Positions 19,409 through 28,944 of a stretch of DNA of 64,000 nucleotides are shown one piece after another (position 1 is the stretch's first letter; the number at the start of each line of letters is the position of its first letter). The stretch covers positions 32,001 to 96,000 of the forward strand of contig JAKFBS010000001.1 of assembly GCA_036677065.1 (NCBI GenBank). The letters are read 5' to 3'. The position numbers and the translations under genes are program-made. Source of the stretch: Bdellovibrio sp. GTDB lineage: Bacteria; Bdellovibrionota; Bdellovibrionia; Bdellovibrionales; Bdellovibrionaceae. The notes beneath the pieces are model-generated. The model ran no database searches, had not been told where the DNA came from, and saw only the letters and a program-made list of their open reading frames with translations.

Positions 19409-20485
19409 ATGGCTACAATTGACGATCTATTTCGATTAATGGTTGAGCAAAAAGCATCGGATTTGCACGTGACAAGCGGCGCACCTCCCTATCTTCGCGT
19501 TCATGGGATGATGTCTCCACTGAATTATCGCCAATTGACAAGCCAAGACGTACAAGGCTTGATCTTTGAAATCCTGAATGAAAAACAAAAAAAGGCCTTC
19601 GTTGAAAAATGGGAGCTGGATTTTGCTTACGTATTAGAAGGTGTTGGGCGTTTTCGTTGTAACATCTTCATGCAGCGTAAAGGTTTAGGCGCAGTGTTTC
19701 GTACGATTCCTGAAAAAATTAAATCTGCGACAGAGTTAAATTTGCCTCAAACAATTGTTGATCTGGTTGAACATGATCGTGGTCTTGTACTAGTTACCGG
19801 CCCAACAGGTTCGGGTAAATCGACGACTTTAGCTGCGATGATTCAACATATCAATGCGACACGTGAAGCACATATTATCACGGTAGAAGACCCGATCGAG
19901 TTCGTACATCCAAATTTAAAATCATTAGTGAATCAACGTGAGGTTGGTGCACATACAAAGTCTTTCTCGAATGCTTTAAAAGCCAGCTTACGTGAAGATC
20001 CAGATATTATTCTGGTGGGAGAGCTGCGTGACTTAGAAACTATTTCTTTGGCTTTAACAGCTGCAGAAACGGGTCACTTAGTTTTCGGAACACTTCATAC
20101 AAATTCAGCCGTAAAAACAATTGATCGTATCATTGACGTTTTTCCTGCAGGTCAGCAGGCGCAAATTCGTGCTATGTTAGCAGAATCTTTACGTGGAGTT
20201 GTAGCCCAGTCGCTATTTACCCGCGCCGATAAAATGGGACGTGTTGCCGCTTTTGAAGTCATGAAGGGTACGCGCGCCGTTGCGAATTTAATTCGTGAAG
20301 GTAAAAATCATCAAATTGCATCTATTATTCAAACTAGTGCCGCTCAGGGGATGTTTTTATTTGAAAAATCCCTGGATGACCTTGTTAAAAAAGGTCAAAT
20401 CACTGCTGCCGATGCGAACTCTTTCTTAGGTAAAGAACCAGGAGCGGGTCTACAAGGCGGCCCATCTGGAAAAAAAGTTGCCTAA
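19409..20485 (+). CDS. pilT: Type IV pilus retraction ATPase
   Basis: ASDLH, GPTGSGKSTT, EDPIE, LREDPD, GHLVFGTLHT, ANLIRE. Confidence 0.95.
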   Translation: MATIDDLFRLMVEQKASDLHVTSGAPPYLRVHGMMSPLNYRQLTSQDVQGLIFEILNEKQKKAFVEKWELDFAYVLEGVGRFRCNIFMQRKGLGAVFRTIPEKIKSATELNLPQTIVDLVEHDRGLVLVTGPTGSGKSTTLAAMIQHINATREAHIITVEDPIEFVHPNLKSLVNQREVGAHTKSFSNALKASLREDPDIILVGELRDLETISLALTAAETGHLVFGTLHTNSAVKTIDRIIDVFPAGQQAQIRAMLAESLRGVVAQSLFTRADKMGRVAAFEVMKGTRAVANLIREGKNHQIASIIQTSAAQGMFLFEKSLDDLVKKGQITAADANSFLGKEPGAGLQGGPSGKKVA

Positions 20486-20512
20486 CTCTTAGATCGGATG
20501 TCAAATTGAACC

Positions 20513-21205
20513 ATGACATCCGATACTAAAAATTTATCTCCAGAAGACATTGCCCAATACATCGATCACACGTTGTTAAAACCTGAAGCTACACGTGCGC
20601 AAATTCAAAAACTTTGCGAAGAAGCTTTAACTCACCGTTTTTATGCGGTTTGTGTAAACTCATCGATGATTTCTGTGTGCAAAGAAATTTTAAAAAACAG
20701 TTCTGTTAAAATCGCTGCTGTAATTGGTTTTCCTTTAGGCGTTTGCGACACTTCAACTAAAGTATTTGAAACCACGCGTGCGCTTAACTTGGGTGCCACT
20801 GAAATTGATATGGTTGTGCACTTGGGTGCTGTAAAATCACAAGACTGGTCATATATCGAAAAAGATATCAAAGAAGTTGTCTTAGCGGCACAAGGTCATC
20901 CGGTAAAAGTTATTTTAGAAACTCACATGTTAACTCAGGATGAAAAACAAAAAGTTTGTGAAATCAGCTTATTGGTCGGCGCGCACTTCGTAAAAACCTC
21001 AACAGGATTTACCGGTGGCGGCGCTACTATTGAAGATGTCACATTAATGAAATCTATTGTACAAAACAAAGCTCAAGTTAAAGCCAGTGGCGGCGTTCGT
21101 GACTTTGCTACGGCTGTAAAAATGATTCAGGCAGGAGCTACTCGCATCGGAACAAGTTCTGGCGTGGCAATTGTAAAAAATGAATCTGGAAAAACAGGTT
21201 ACTAA
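20513..21205 (+). CDS. deoC: Deoxyribose-phosphate aldolase
   Basis: IDHTLLKP, GFPLG, VKTSTG, VKASGG, RIGTS. Confidence 0.97.
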   Translation: MTSDTKNLSPEDIAQYIDHTLLKPEATRAQIQKLCEEALTHRFYAVCVNSSMISVCKEILKNSSVKIAAVIGFPLGVCDTSTKVFETTRALNLGATEIDMVVHLGAVKSQDWSYIEKDIKEVVLAAQGHPVKVILETHMLTQDEKQKVCEISLLVGAHFVKTSTGFTGGGATIEDVTLMKSIVQNKAQVKASGGVRDFATAVKMIQAGATRIGTSSGVAIVKNESGKTGY

Positions 21206-22518
21206 TGCTACCTGCAGAAATAATTAAGAAAAAAAGAAATGGCCACGAATTAACTGAAAAAGAAATCGAAGATTTTATTCTAGGTTACACACGCGGAACA
21301 GTTCCAGATTATCAAATGTCAGCTTTGTTAATGGCGATTTATTTTAAAGGCATGACAACCTCTGAAACATTATCGTTAACAAAAACTATGTTACATTCAG
21401 GCATCGTTGTTGATACTTCATCTATCCCCGGCTTTAAAGTTGATAAACATTCAACTGGTGGCGTTGGCGATAAAACTAGTTTGATCTTAGGCCCAGTGGT
21501 AGCAGCTTGTGGCGTGTACGTACCGATGATTTCAGGGCGCGGTCTTGGTCACACTGGCGGAACACTTGATAAGTTAGAATCAATTCCCGGATTTAATACC
21601 CAACAAAGTTTAGAAAATTTTATTCGTATTACAAAAGAGCTTGGCACTTGTTTTATCGGTCAAACCAAAGACATCTGCCCTGCAGATAAAAAAATCTATG
21701 CCCTTCGTGATGTCACAGCTACTGTTGAAAGTTACCCATTAATTTGCGCCAGCATCATGTCGAAAAAAATTGCTGAGGGCATTGATGGTTTAGTTCTGGA
21801 TGTCAAATTTGGAACTGGCGCTTTTATGAAAACTGCAGAAAATGCACACGAACTAGCACGTAAATTAATGGCTATTGGCGAAGGTTACGGTAAAAAAGTT
21901 GTATCATTAGTCACTTCGATGGATCAGCCGCTCGGTCGCTTCGCTGGTAATGCATGGGAAGTTTTTGAGTGTGTTGAGATCATGAAAAATAAAAAACATA
22001 TCGGTGCCGATGGCCATGATATGTATGAAGACACACGCGAACTTTCATTACAGCTTTCTGCCCATATGATCCACTTATCAGGAAAAACCAATTCTGTTGA
22101 AGACGCCTATGCACTAGCGCTAGATGCTTTAGTTTCTGGTCGCGCCTTAGAAATTTTTGATAAGATGTGTGGAAAACAAGGTGGAAATCTTGCGAACCTT
22201 AGTTTTTCAAAAAAACAATTCCCGATCGTTGCCACATCTAGTGGTTTTATTTCTGCATTTAATGTAGAAAAAGTGGGAATCGCCGGCATCGTGCTTAAGG
22301 CCGGCCGCCGCCTCACTGAAGATGTGATTGATCCATTAACTGGTATCGAGTTTCATAAAAAAACCGGCGATCCGATTAAAACTGGTGAAACATTATTTAC
22401 AATTCACTGTGATAACGAATCATTAGTTGCTGAAACCACAAAATTTTTAAATGAAGCTGTTACAATCTCTGCTCAAAAACCTGATCAACATAAATTAATT
22501 AAAGAGGTTCTATTATGA
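21205..22518 (+). CDS. pdp: Pyrimidine-nucleoside/thymidine phosphorylase
   Basis: DKHSTGGVGDK, SGRGLGHTGGTLDKLE, YALRDVT, SKK. Confidence 0.95.
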   Translation: MLPAEIIKKKRNGHELTEKEIEDFILGYTRGTVPDYQMSALLMAIYFKGMTTSETLSLTKTMLHSGIVVDTSSIPGFKVDKHSTGGVGDKTSLILGPVVAACGVYVPMISGRGLGHTGGTLDKLESIPGFNTQQSLENFIRITKELGTCFIGQTKDICPADKKIYALRDVTATVESYPLICASIMSKKIAEGIDGLVLDVKFGTGAFMKTAENAHELARKLMAIGEGYGKKVVSLVTSMDQPLGRFAGNAWEVFECVEIMKNKKHIGADGHDMYEDTRELSLQLSAHMIHLSGKTNSVEDAYALALDALVSGRALEIFDKMCGKQGGNLANLSFSKKQFPIVATSSGFISAFNVEKVGIAGIVLKAGRRLTEDVIDPLTGIEFHKKTGDPIKTGETLFTIHCDNESLVAETTKFLNEAVTISAQKPDQHKLIKEVLL

Positions 22519-23345
22519 TGAACAATAATAACGTCGTTCAAAACATCACTGATGCTGTTACTTATATTAAAGGCCAAACAAAAGTTAAACCACGCATTGG
22601 TGTGATCTTAGGTTCTGGATTAGGGCACTTTGTACAAACTATGAATGTTGAAACGACTTTTCCGTTCAATGCGATTCCAAATTTTATACCGACCACTGTC
22701 GAAGGCCATTCAGGCAATTTAATTTTAGGTGATATCGATGGTACGCCCTTAGTTGTATTGCAAGGGCGCCTACATTATTACGAAGGCCATGATATGAACA
22801 CGGTGGTTTTTCCGACACGTGTAATGGCCGCTTTAGGTATCGAAATTTTAATCGTTACAAATTCTGCCGGTGGTTATGGCGATGGTATGAATGCCGGTGA
22901 TTTTATGGTGATTGAAGATCACATCAACATGATGGGCACGAACCCGCTCATGGGGCCAAACATTAAAGCTTTAGGACCTCGTTTTCCAGACATGACCCAA
23001 GCTTATGATAAAGAACTGTTAGCAAAAGCTGAGACTGTTCTGCGCGCGCAAAAAGTTTTCTTTCACAAAGGTATTTACATCGGTGTAACTGGTCCGACTT
23101 ACGAAACTCCATCAGAAATTCGCATGTTTAAAGGTATGGGCGGAAAAGCTGTCGGCATGTCGACTGTTCCTGAAGTGATTGCAGCAAACCACATGGGAAT
23201 TCGCGTAGCAGCCATTAGCTGCATTACGAATTTAGCTGCTGGTATTAGTGCGCATAAACTTACTCATGATGAAGTAACCGTAACCGCAAAAAGAGTTGAA
23301 AAATCTTTTTGCGATTTCTTAAAAGAATTTATTTCTAAGATCTAG
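22515..23345 (+). CDS. punA: Purine-nucleoside phosphorylase (trimeric type)
   Basis: [30 protein letters not shown]. Confidence 0.95.
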   Translation: MMNNNNVVQNITDAVTYIKGQTKVKPRIGVILGSGLGHFVQTMNVETTFPFNAIPNFIPTTVEGHSGNLILGDIDGTPLVVLQGRLHYYEGHDMNTVVFPTRVMAALGIEILIVTNSAGGYGDGMNAGDFMVIEDHINMMGTNPLMGPNIKALGPRFPDMTQAYDKELLAKAETVLRAQKVFFHKGIYIGVTGPTYETPSEIRMFKGMGGKAVGMSTVPEVIAANHMGIRVAAISCITNLAAGISAHKLTHDEVTVTAKRVEKSFCDFLKEFISKI

Positions 23346-24730
23346 AACAACGCATTCTTCGGAGTTCTCGGGAATGGGATGACATCACGGATGTTTCCCA
23401 TACCTGTGACATACATCAACATACGTTCAAAACCCAAACCATAGCCCGAATGCGGGAAAGTGCCGTAGCGGCGTAAATCTGTGTAGAAAGTGTAGTCTTT
23501 AGGTTCTAAACCAACTTTTTTCATCTGTATTTCTAATAACTCAAGATTGTCTTCACGCTGCGAGCCGCCGATCATTTCACCGATGCCAGGAACTAAAAGA
23601 TCCATAGCACGAACGGTTTTTTGATCTGGGTTTAGCTTCATGTAAAAAGCTTTAATTTCTTTTGGGTAGTCCGTTAAGAAAACTGGTTTTTTAAAATGTT
23701 CTTCAGCTAAATATCTTTCGTGCTCAGATTGTAAATCTGTTCCCCATTTAACCGGGTATTCGAATTTTTTGCCTGACTTCATTAATATATCTACGCCTTC
23801 TGTGTAAGTTAAGCGTCCGAATTCATTGTTTAAAACGTTATTCAATTTATCAAATAATCCTTTTTCGACGAATTGGTTAAAGAACGCCATTTCTTCAGGG
23901 CATTGCTCCATCACGTATTTAATAATGTATTTCACCATTTCTTCTGCGGTGTCCATATTTGCTGATAAATCTGCGAACGCCATTTCTGGTTCGATCATCC
24001 AAAATTCAGCCGCATGGCGTGAAGTATTTGAATTTTCGGCACGAAATGTTGGACCAAAAGTATAGACATTGCCAAACGCTGCTGCGAAGGTTTCACCGTT
24101 TAGCTGACCACTTACGGTTAAGCTTGTTGTCTTACCGAAAAAATCTTGGCTAGCATCAATATGCCCGTCTGCCGTGCGTGGCAGCTTATCTAAATTCAGC
24201 GTAGTCACGCGAAACATTTCGCCAGCGCCTTCTGCATCAGATCCTGTGATGATCGGTGTATGCACAAGCACGAAGTTTTTTTCCTGAAAGAATTTATTAA
24301 TCGCAAACGCTAATACCGAACGCACGCGAAAAACTGCAGAGAAAGTATTTGAGCGTGGGCGTAAGTGAGCAATCTCGCGCAAAAACTCCATGCTATGACG
24401 TTTATTTTGTAATGGGTAATCGGCATCGGCTTTTTGAAAGATTTCAACTTTTGAGGCTTTCACTTCGAATGTTTGACCGGCACCTTCAGATTTAACAACA
24501 GTACCGACAACTTGAATAGAGCTGGCAATTGAAAGTTTAGTTACATCAGCGAAATTCGAAAGGCTTTCATCAAAAACAATCTGCACGCCGTTAAAAAAGC
24601 TTCCGTCATTAAGTTCGATAAAACCAAAACTTTTCTGATCACGGATTTTTCTAACCCAACCAGCTAGCTGGACTTGTTGACCAATTAATTTATCACTCTC
24701 TTTAAACAAATTACGCACTGTTTTTTTCAT
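23342..24730 (-). CDS. asnS: Asparagine--tRNA ligase
   Basis: GWVR, LTVSGQL, FRAENS, GGSQRE, GLGFER. Confidence 0.97.
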   Translation of the reverse strand: MKKTVRNLFKESDKLIGQQVQLAGWVRKIRDQKSFGFIELNDGSFFNGVQIVFDESLSNFADVTKLSIASSIQVVGTVVKSEGAGQTFEVKASKVEIFQKADADYPLQNKRHSMEFLREIAHLRPRSNTFSAVFRVRSVLAFAINKFFQEKNFVLVHTPIITGSDAEGAGEMFRVTTLNLDKLPRTADGHIDASQDFFGKTTSLTVSGQLNGETFAAAFGNVYTFGPTFRAENSNTSRHAAEFWMIEPEMAFADLSANMDTAEEMVKYIIKYVMEQCPEEMAFFNQFVEKGLFDKLNNVLNNEFGRLTYTEGVDILMKSGKKFEYPVKWGTDLQSEHERYLAEEHFKKPVFLTDYPKEIKAFYMKLNPDQKTVRAMDLLVPGIGEMIGGSQREDNLELLEIQMKKVGLEPKDYTFYTDLRRYGTFPHSGYGLGFERMLMYVTGMGNIRDVIPFPRTPKNALF

Positions 24731-24957
24731 GCAAGTAACATATCTGATTTACAGGGCGGAAGCAACAGCCCAAACAAACACTTATAGTTAAACTAAAGGC
24801 CGCTTTTAGCTCGCTAAATCATATAAAAAAGTGGGGTTTTTTTGGTCCAGATTTTCTCAAAATCGAACGAGCAAGACTTGGTTATGTTTCGCATTTAACC
24901 GAAAGGTTCTTAGAAGGTCATCACAAGTAGAGCGGGAATGTACTTGCTGATGCAGAA

Positions 24958-26142
24958 ATGAGAACAATGCGTAACAATTTACAGATATTTTTATTAGCCC
25001 TAGGTCTAGTAATTTTAACCGGTTGTAACAATGGCAAAACCAAAGAATCTGTATTCTCAGAAAACGCCCAATCTTACTGTGAAGCTAGCACTTTAAAAAA
25101 TCGCTACGTTGTTCAATGGGAAGACGGATCAATCACAGTTGAAAAAAGTAAAGACGGTCAATCTGATGACGAATTCAGAGAAACATTTGTTAAAGATAAT
25201 TTAGCATTAATTAAACATGTTGATCGCGATTTTCAAATTCGTGTTCGTCCGATGGCAAAATCATCTGATGTTCAGGCTTCAGCCACAAATTTAAGTTGGG
25301 GTCCGGAACGCATGCAAGCTGATCTTGTCTGGGCGCAAGGCTACAAAGGCCAAGGCGTCAAAGTCGGCGTCGTTGACGGCATGGTTGATCCATCACATGT
25401 GCAACTTTCTAATAATGTTATTTCAGCAGAGCAATTTAATAACGAAGTAAATGATCCTAATTTAAATATTCACGGTACGCATGTGGCAGGCATTATTGCT
25501 GCAGATCCAAATTTTGGACCTGTGGGCGGAGTTGCCCCGTCAGCAAAAATTCTTTCAGGACAGTTTATCAGTAATGCGGGTGGTGGTTCTTTAGGTGAAG
25601 CTATCTTAGCGATGAATTCTGTGGCCAACAAAGGCGCAAAAATTATCAATATGTCTTGGGGTGGTGCAGGTTGTGTAACATCATTAAAAGACGCTGTTGA
25701 ATCTTTATCTAATCGCGGAATTTTAATTGTAACTGCCGCAGGCAATGAAGGTGTGAATTCTGATTATTCACCCGACTATCCAGCTGCTTTTCGTTTAGCG
25801 AATCAAATTAATGTGGCAGCAACGACAATTGATGATCGTTTTATTTCATTTTCAAATCGCGGCATTCACACCGTGAATGTCGGGGCTCCTGGTGTTTCGA
25901 TTTATTCGACGATTCCGGGTAATCGCATTGATGATATGGATGGCACGAGCATGGCGGCACCAATGGTCTCTGGTGCAGCAGCTTTATTATGGAGTGCTGT
26001 GCCCGCTGCGACGGCTCAGCAGATCAAACAGGCGATTTTTTCTTCAGTAGATGTATATCCTGAATACCAAGTTAGCACGCGTGGCCGTGTTAATGTGAAA
26101 AAAGCTTTAGATGCGTTACGTGCGATGCTATCATCGCAGTAA
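24958..26142 (+). CDS. S8 subtilisin-like serine protease, lipoprotein
   Basis: LTGC lipobox; catalytic VVDG, HGTHVAG and GTSMAAP motifs; AAGN. Confidence 0.93.
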   Translation: MRTMRNNLQIFLLALGLVILTGCNNGKTKESVFSENAQSYCEASTLKNRYVVQWEDGSITVEKSKDGQSDDEFRETFVKDNLALIKHVDRDFQIRVRPMAKSSDVQASATNLSWGPERMQADLVWAQGYKGQGVKVGVVDGMVDPSHVQLSNNVISAEQFNNEVNDPNLNIHGTHVAGIIAADPNFGPVGGVAPSAKILSGQFISNAGGGSLGEAILAMNSVANKGAKIINMSWGGAGCVTSLKDAVESLSNRGILIVTAAGNEGVNSDYSPDYPAAFRLANQINVAATTIDDRFISFSNRGIHTVNVGAPGVSIYSTIPGNRIDDMDGTSMAAPMVSGAAALLWSAVPAATAQQIKQAIFSSVDVYPEYQVSTRGRVNVKKALDALRAMLSSQ

Positions 26143-27426
26143 ATGCGCGCTAAGGTTACTCAATTACTTCTTATTCTTTTTTTTAGCCACCTATGTTGGG
26201 CTTTAGATTTTGATTCCAAAACTGAAGTCTTCATTGCAGGAAATTCGTACTTAACTGAATCAGAGTTCGCAGAAAAAAATCAAGTTCTGTATTTTTTAAC
26301 CAGCGATAATAAAATTAAGCTCAATTCAAAATATGAATTTGCCTTGTCGCCTGAAGTTTATTTTTTAGATAATCAGAAAAAAGAACATAAAGATAAGGCC
26401 TTTGTTGATGCCAAAGAACTGGGTTTAAATTATTTTGGGGCGAAATTAAGTTGGACGCTTGGATTTTTTCAGATGAAAAAAGAAGGCCCTGATGTTTTAG
26501 ATCCACTGGATTATCAACAGCCAAAAAACTACCTTGATCCCCTACACTCGGGAAAGCTCTCATTACTAGGTGTGAAGGCCGAACTAGCAGTTAATAACTA
26601 CATTACTTTTGAAGTCGGTTTTACCCCGAAAAATCGTATTCCCATAATTCCGCAAGAAAGTTCTGCCTGGTATCCCCGCGAAGGAATTCTACCAACTGAA
26701 TCTGACAGTTATTTAATTACTCTTCCTGAAAATCCTAATTACCACATCAATAATCAGGAGCGCTCAGAAGATGACTTAAAGAATAATTATATTTTTAAAA
26801 CTAAAATCACGACCTCATACACTGATATAGTTTTGCAAGTGGCAGAAACACTTTCGAGTTCTCCTGAGATCTCACCGACTTTAACTGGTAATTTAATTTC
26901 GGCGTCTCCTGTTTTCACTATTGAGCTGACAAATCCAATTGAATTAGATGTGCGCTGGAAAAAGGTAAAAAACTATGGTGGTGGATTTAATATTCCGCTG
27001 GAGTCATTAGGTTTAATTATTAAAATATTTTCTAATCAGGAAATCAGTGAAAGTAAAAAAACACTGATGACCACAGTAGCCTTTGAAAAAACATTCGGAC
27101 AGCTGATCGCTATCTTAGAAACCACAAACCAACAAATTAATAGCCGTGTGGATAACAGCAACTTATCAACGATGACTAATCTGTATAAAAATGCACAGGC
27201 CGTAGGACTTCGTTATGCACCTAATGATAAATTTAGCTTATTGGCCGGTGGCTTATATGATTCTGCCCAAGGGTCATATGTCGGCACGCTACGTCCGAAA
27301 TACTTATTCACGCAAAATGCCTATGTCGAATTACAATTGATTGCTGTGGGTGGCAAAGAAGGCTCACTTCTTTCGTATTTTGATAAAGCCGATTCGGCTT
27401 CACTAAAGATTGGCACTAGTTTTTAG
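26143..27426 (+). CDS. Putative outer-membrane beta-barrel protein
   Basis: Signal peptide, amphipathic beta strands, C-terminal LKIGTSF beta-signal ending in Phe. Confidence 0.55.
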   Translation: MRAKVTQLLLILFFSHLCWALDFDSKTEVFIAGNSYLTESEFAEKNQVLYFLTSDNKIKLNSKYEFALSPEVYFLDNQKKEHKDKAFVDAKELGLNYFGAKLSWTLGFFQMKKEGPDVLDPLDYQQPKNYLDPLHSGKLSLLGVKAELAVNNYITFEVGFTPKNRIPIIPQESSAWYPREGILPTESDSYLITLPENPNYHINNQERSEDDLKNNYIFKTKITTSYTDIVLQVAETLSSSPEISPTLTGNLISASPVFTIELTNPIELDVRWKKVKNYGGGFNIPLESLGLIIKIFSNQEISESKKTLMTTVAFEKTFGQLIAILETTNQQINSRVDNSNLSTMTNLYKNAQAVGLRYAPNDKFSLLAGGLYDSAQGSYVGTLRPKYLFTQNAYVELQLIAVGGKEGSLLSYFDKADSASLKIGTSF

Positions 27427-28901
27427 TCGATCAAACCCAATTCAAAATACAATTTATTATCTTTACTATAATAAATCTTTTTAAGCTGCGCAGAGGCTGT
27501 GCTCGTTAGTTTTAAAACACTTAAGTTCGCTGTTGCCCAGTTATCACTGAAAAACTTTTTTGCTGTGGTATCAACGATGCTTGTCGAAATACGCTTTGAA
27601 CAATCATGGCGATCAAGATAACCCGCATCCCACACCGCACCCGTTTTAAGTGAAGAAATCTTTGTTTGCACTTTGGCTGCATCGGCTATGTTTGAAACCG
27701 CTGTCAGGTTCGCGCGTAGGTACACCATCGCCTCATTACGCTCCATCACCCAAATACCTGCTGTGGCTGTGATATTAAGATTATTCACGTAACTATCAGG
27801 CTTTAATACGATACTCAGCGATTCTAACACGGGTCTAAGAATTAACTCTTGCCCCTTGGGTATTTTCATCAACGCTGGCCAAACAAAAAACTGCTTGAAG
27901 CGAGATCTCGTCAGTTTATCTAATTCAGAGATACTTTTTGATGAGTATGCAAGTTTTGCTAATTTTGCCGTTAAACCTTGTTTTAAAAACTCTTGCAGTT
28001 CTGTTTTATCGACAATCATCGCCCCATCTGAATTCAGTGTATAATTTGTCACTGGAGTAAAAGTAATATCAGGATTATTCAAAGAAAATCCGATATCAAT
28101 ATAGTTTTCATTAACCTGCAATAAACTAAATAATGGCGCAGATAACCCCTCAACAGTTAAGACTTGGTCTTTAATTGCTTTTTCTGCTTTAGCGGCATAC
28201 TTCTGAAGCTGAACCGCCAGTAATGAATTAATTTTTTCTAATAGTACGGGTTTATAAAAATCAATGCGCGCAAATTGCTGTAAAATTTCATCGGCCACAA
28301 GATCTTCAAAGCCCAATATATTATCGCATTTAAAATTTTGCACCGTTAGTTTCGGTGTACCAATATTGATATCTGTAACCGTTGCTGACAGATCAACATG
28401 ATCTGCTTTCGCCGAGCCAGCAATTCCTGCTCGCACACTAATAGCATCTGTGGCAGTGATCAATTTGATATTTTCACATGATGATTTCACATGAACTTTT
28501 AGAATAACGCCGTTAATTTCTTTCACTAAATATGTATCAATCACAATTTTAGGAACTGTGATTTCAAGCTTCGGCGCAACTAGCGCGAAATCAATATTAT
28601 TATTTTGAATTGGATTAAAATTAACTGTTTGCCAGTCTAAATTATATTCAATGTTGTTCACAGCAATGGGGATCAAAGACGTGAATGACAATGGCTTTTC
28701 GTACACACCATTGAGAGGTTTTTTCTGGACTATTAAATTCTCTAGCGTCTGTTTAAGCTTTGTTGTTGAAACAAGGAAATGCCCCGAGAGCTTTTGTGCG
28801 TAGGTATTTACCGAAAACAATAAAACAAAAATTATTGATAAAGCTCTACATGTTTTTTGTTTTTCGTCCGATAAAAATAAACAGTCCTTGTTTTGTAGCA
28901 T
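27423..28901 (-). CDS. Secreted beta-rich hypothetical protein (possible BPI/TULIP-like lipid-binding fold)
   Basis: GAGGG SD before ATG 28901; signal peptide (TYA); long alternating beta strands with long helices; fold is inference only. Confidence 0.5.
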   Translation of the reverse strand: MLQNKDCLFLSDEKQKTCRALSIIFVLLFSVNTYAQKLSGHFLVSTTKLKQTLENLIVQKKPLNGVYEKPLSFTSLIPIAVNNIEYNLDWQTVNFNPIQNNNIDFALVAPKLEITVPKIVIDTYLVKEINGVILKVHVKSSCENIKLITATDAISVRAGIAGSAKADHVDLSATVTDINIGTPKLTVQNFKCDNILGFEDLVADEILQQFARIDFYKPVLLEKINSLLAVQLQKYAAKAEKAIKDQVLTVEGLSAPLFSLLQVNENYIDIGFSLNNPDITFTPVTNYTLNSDGAMIVDKTELQEFLKQGLTAKLAKLAYSSKSISELDKLTRSRFKQFFVWPALMKIPKGQELILRPVLESLSIVLKPDSYVNNLNITATAGIWVMERNEAMVYLRANLTAVSNIADAAKVQTKISSLKTGAVWDAGYLDRHDCSKRISTSIVDTTAKKFFSDNWATANLSVLKLTSTASAQLKKIYYSKDNKLYFELGLID

Positions 28902-28944
28902 GTGAATCCCTCGTGGATAAACTATTCGGTAGAAAGAATTTTTA

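Noticed and set aside
24880..24957. Possible c-di-GMP-I (GEMM) riboswitch suggested by the GAAA tetraloop
   Set aside because: Lacks the conserved GGCAAA and GACGCAAAG segments
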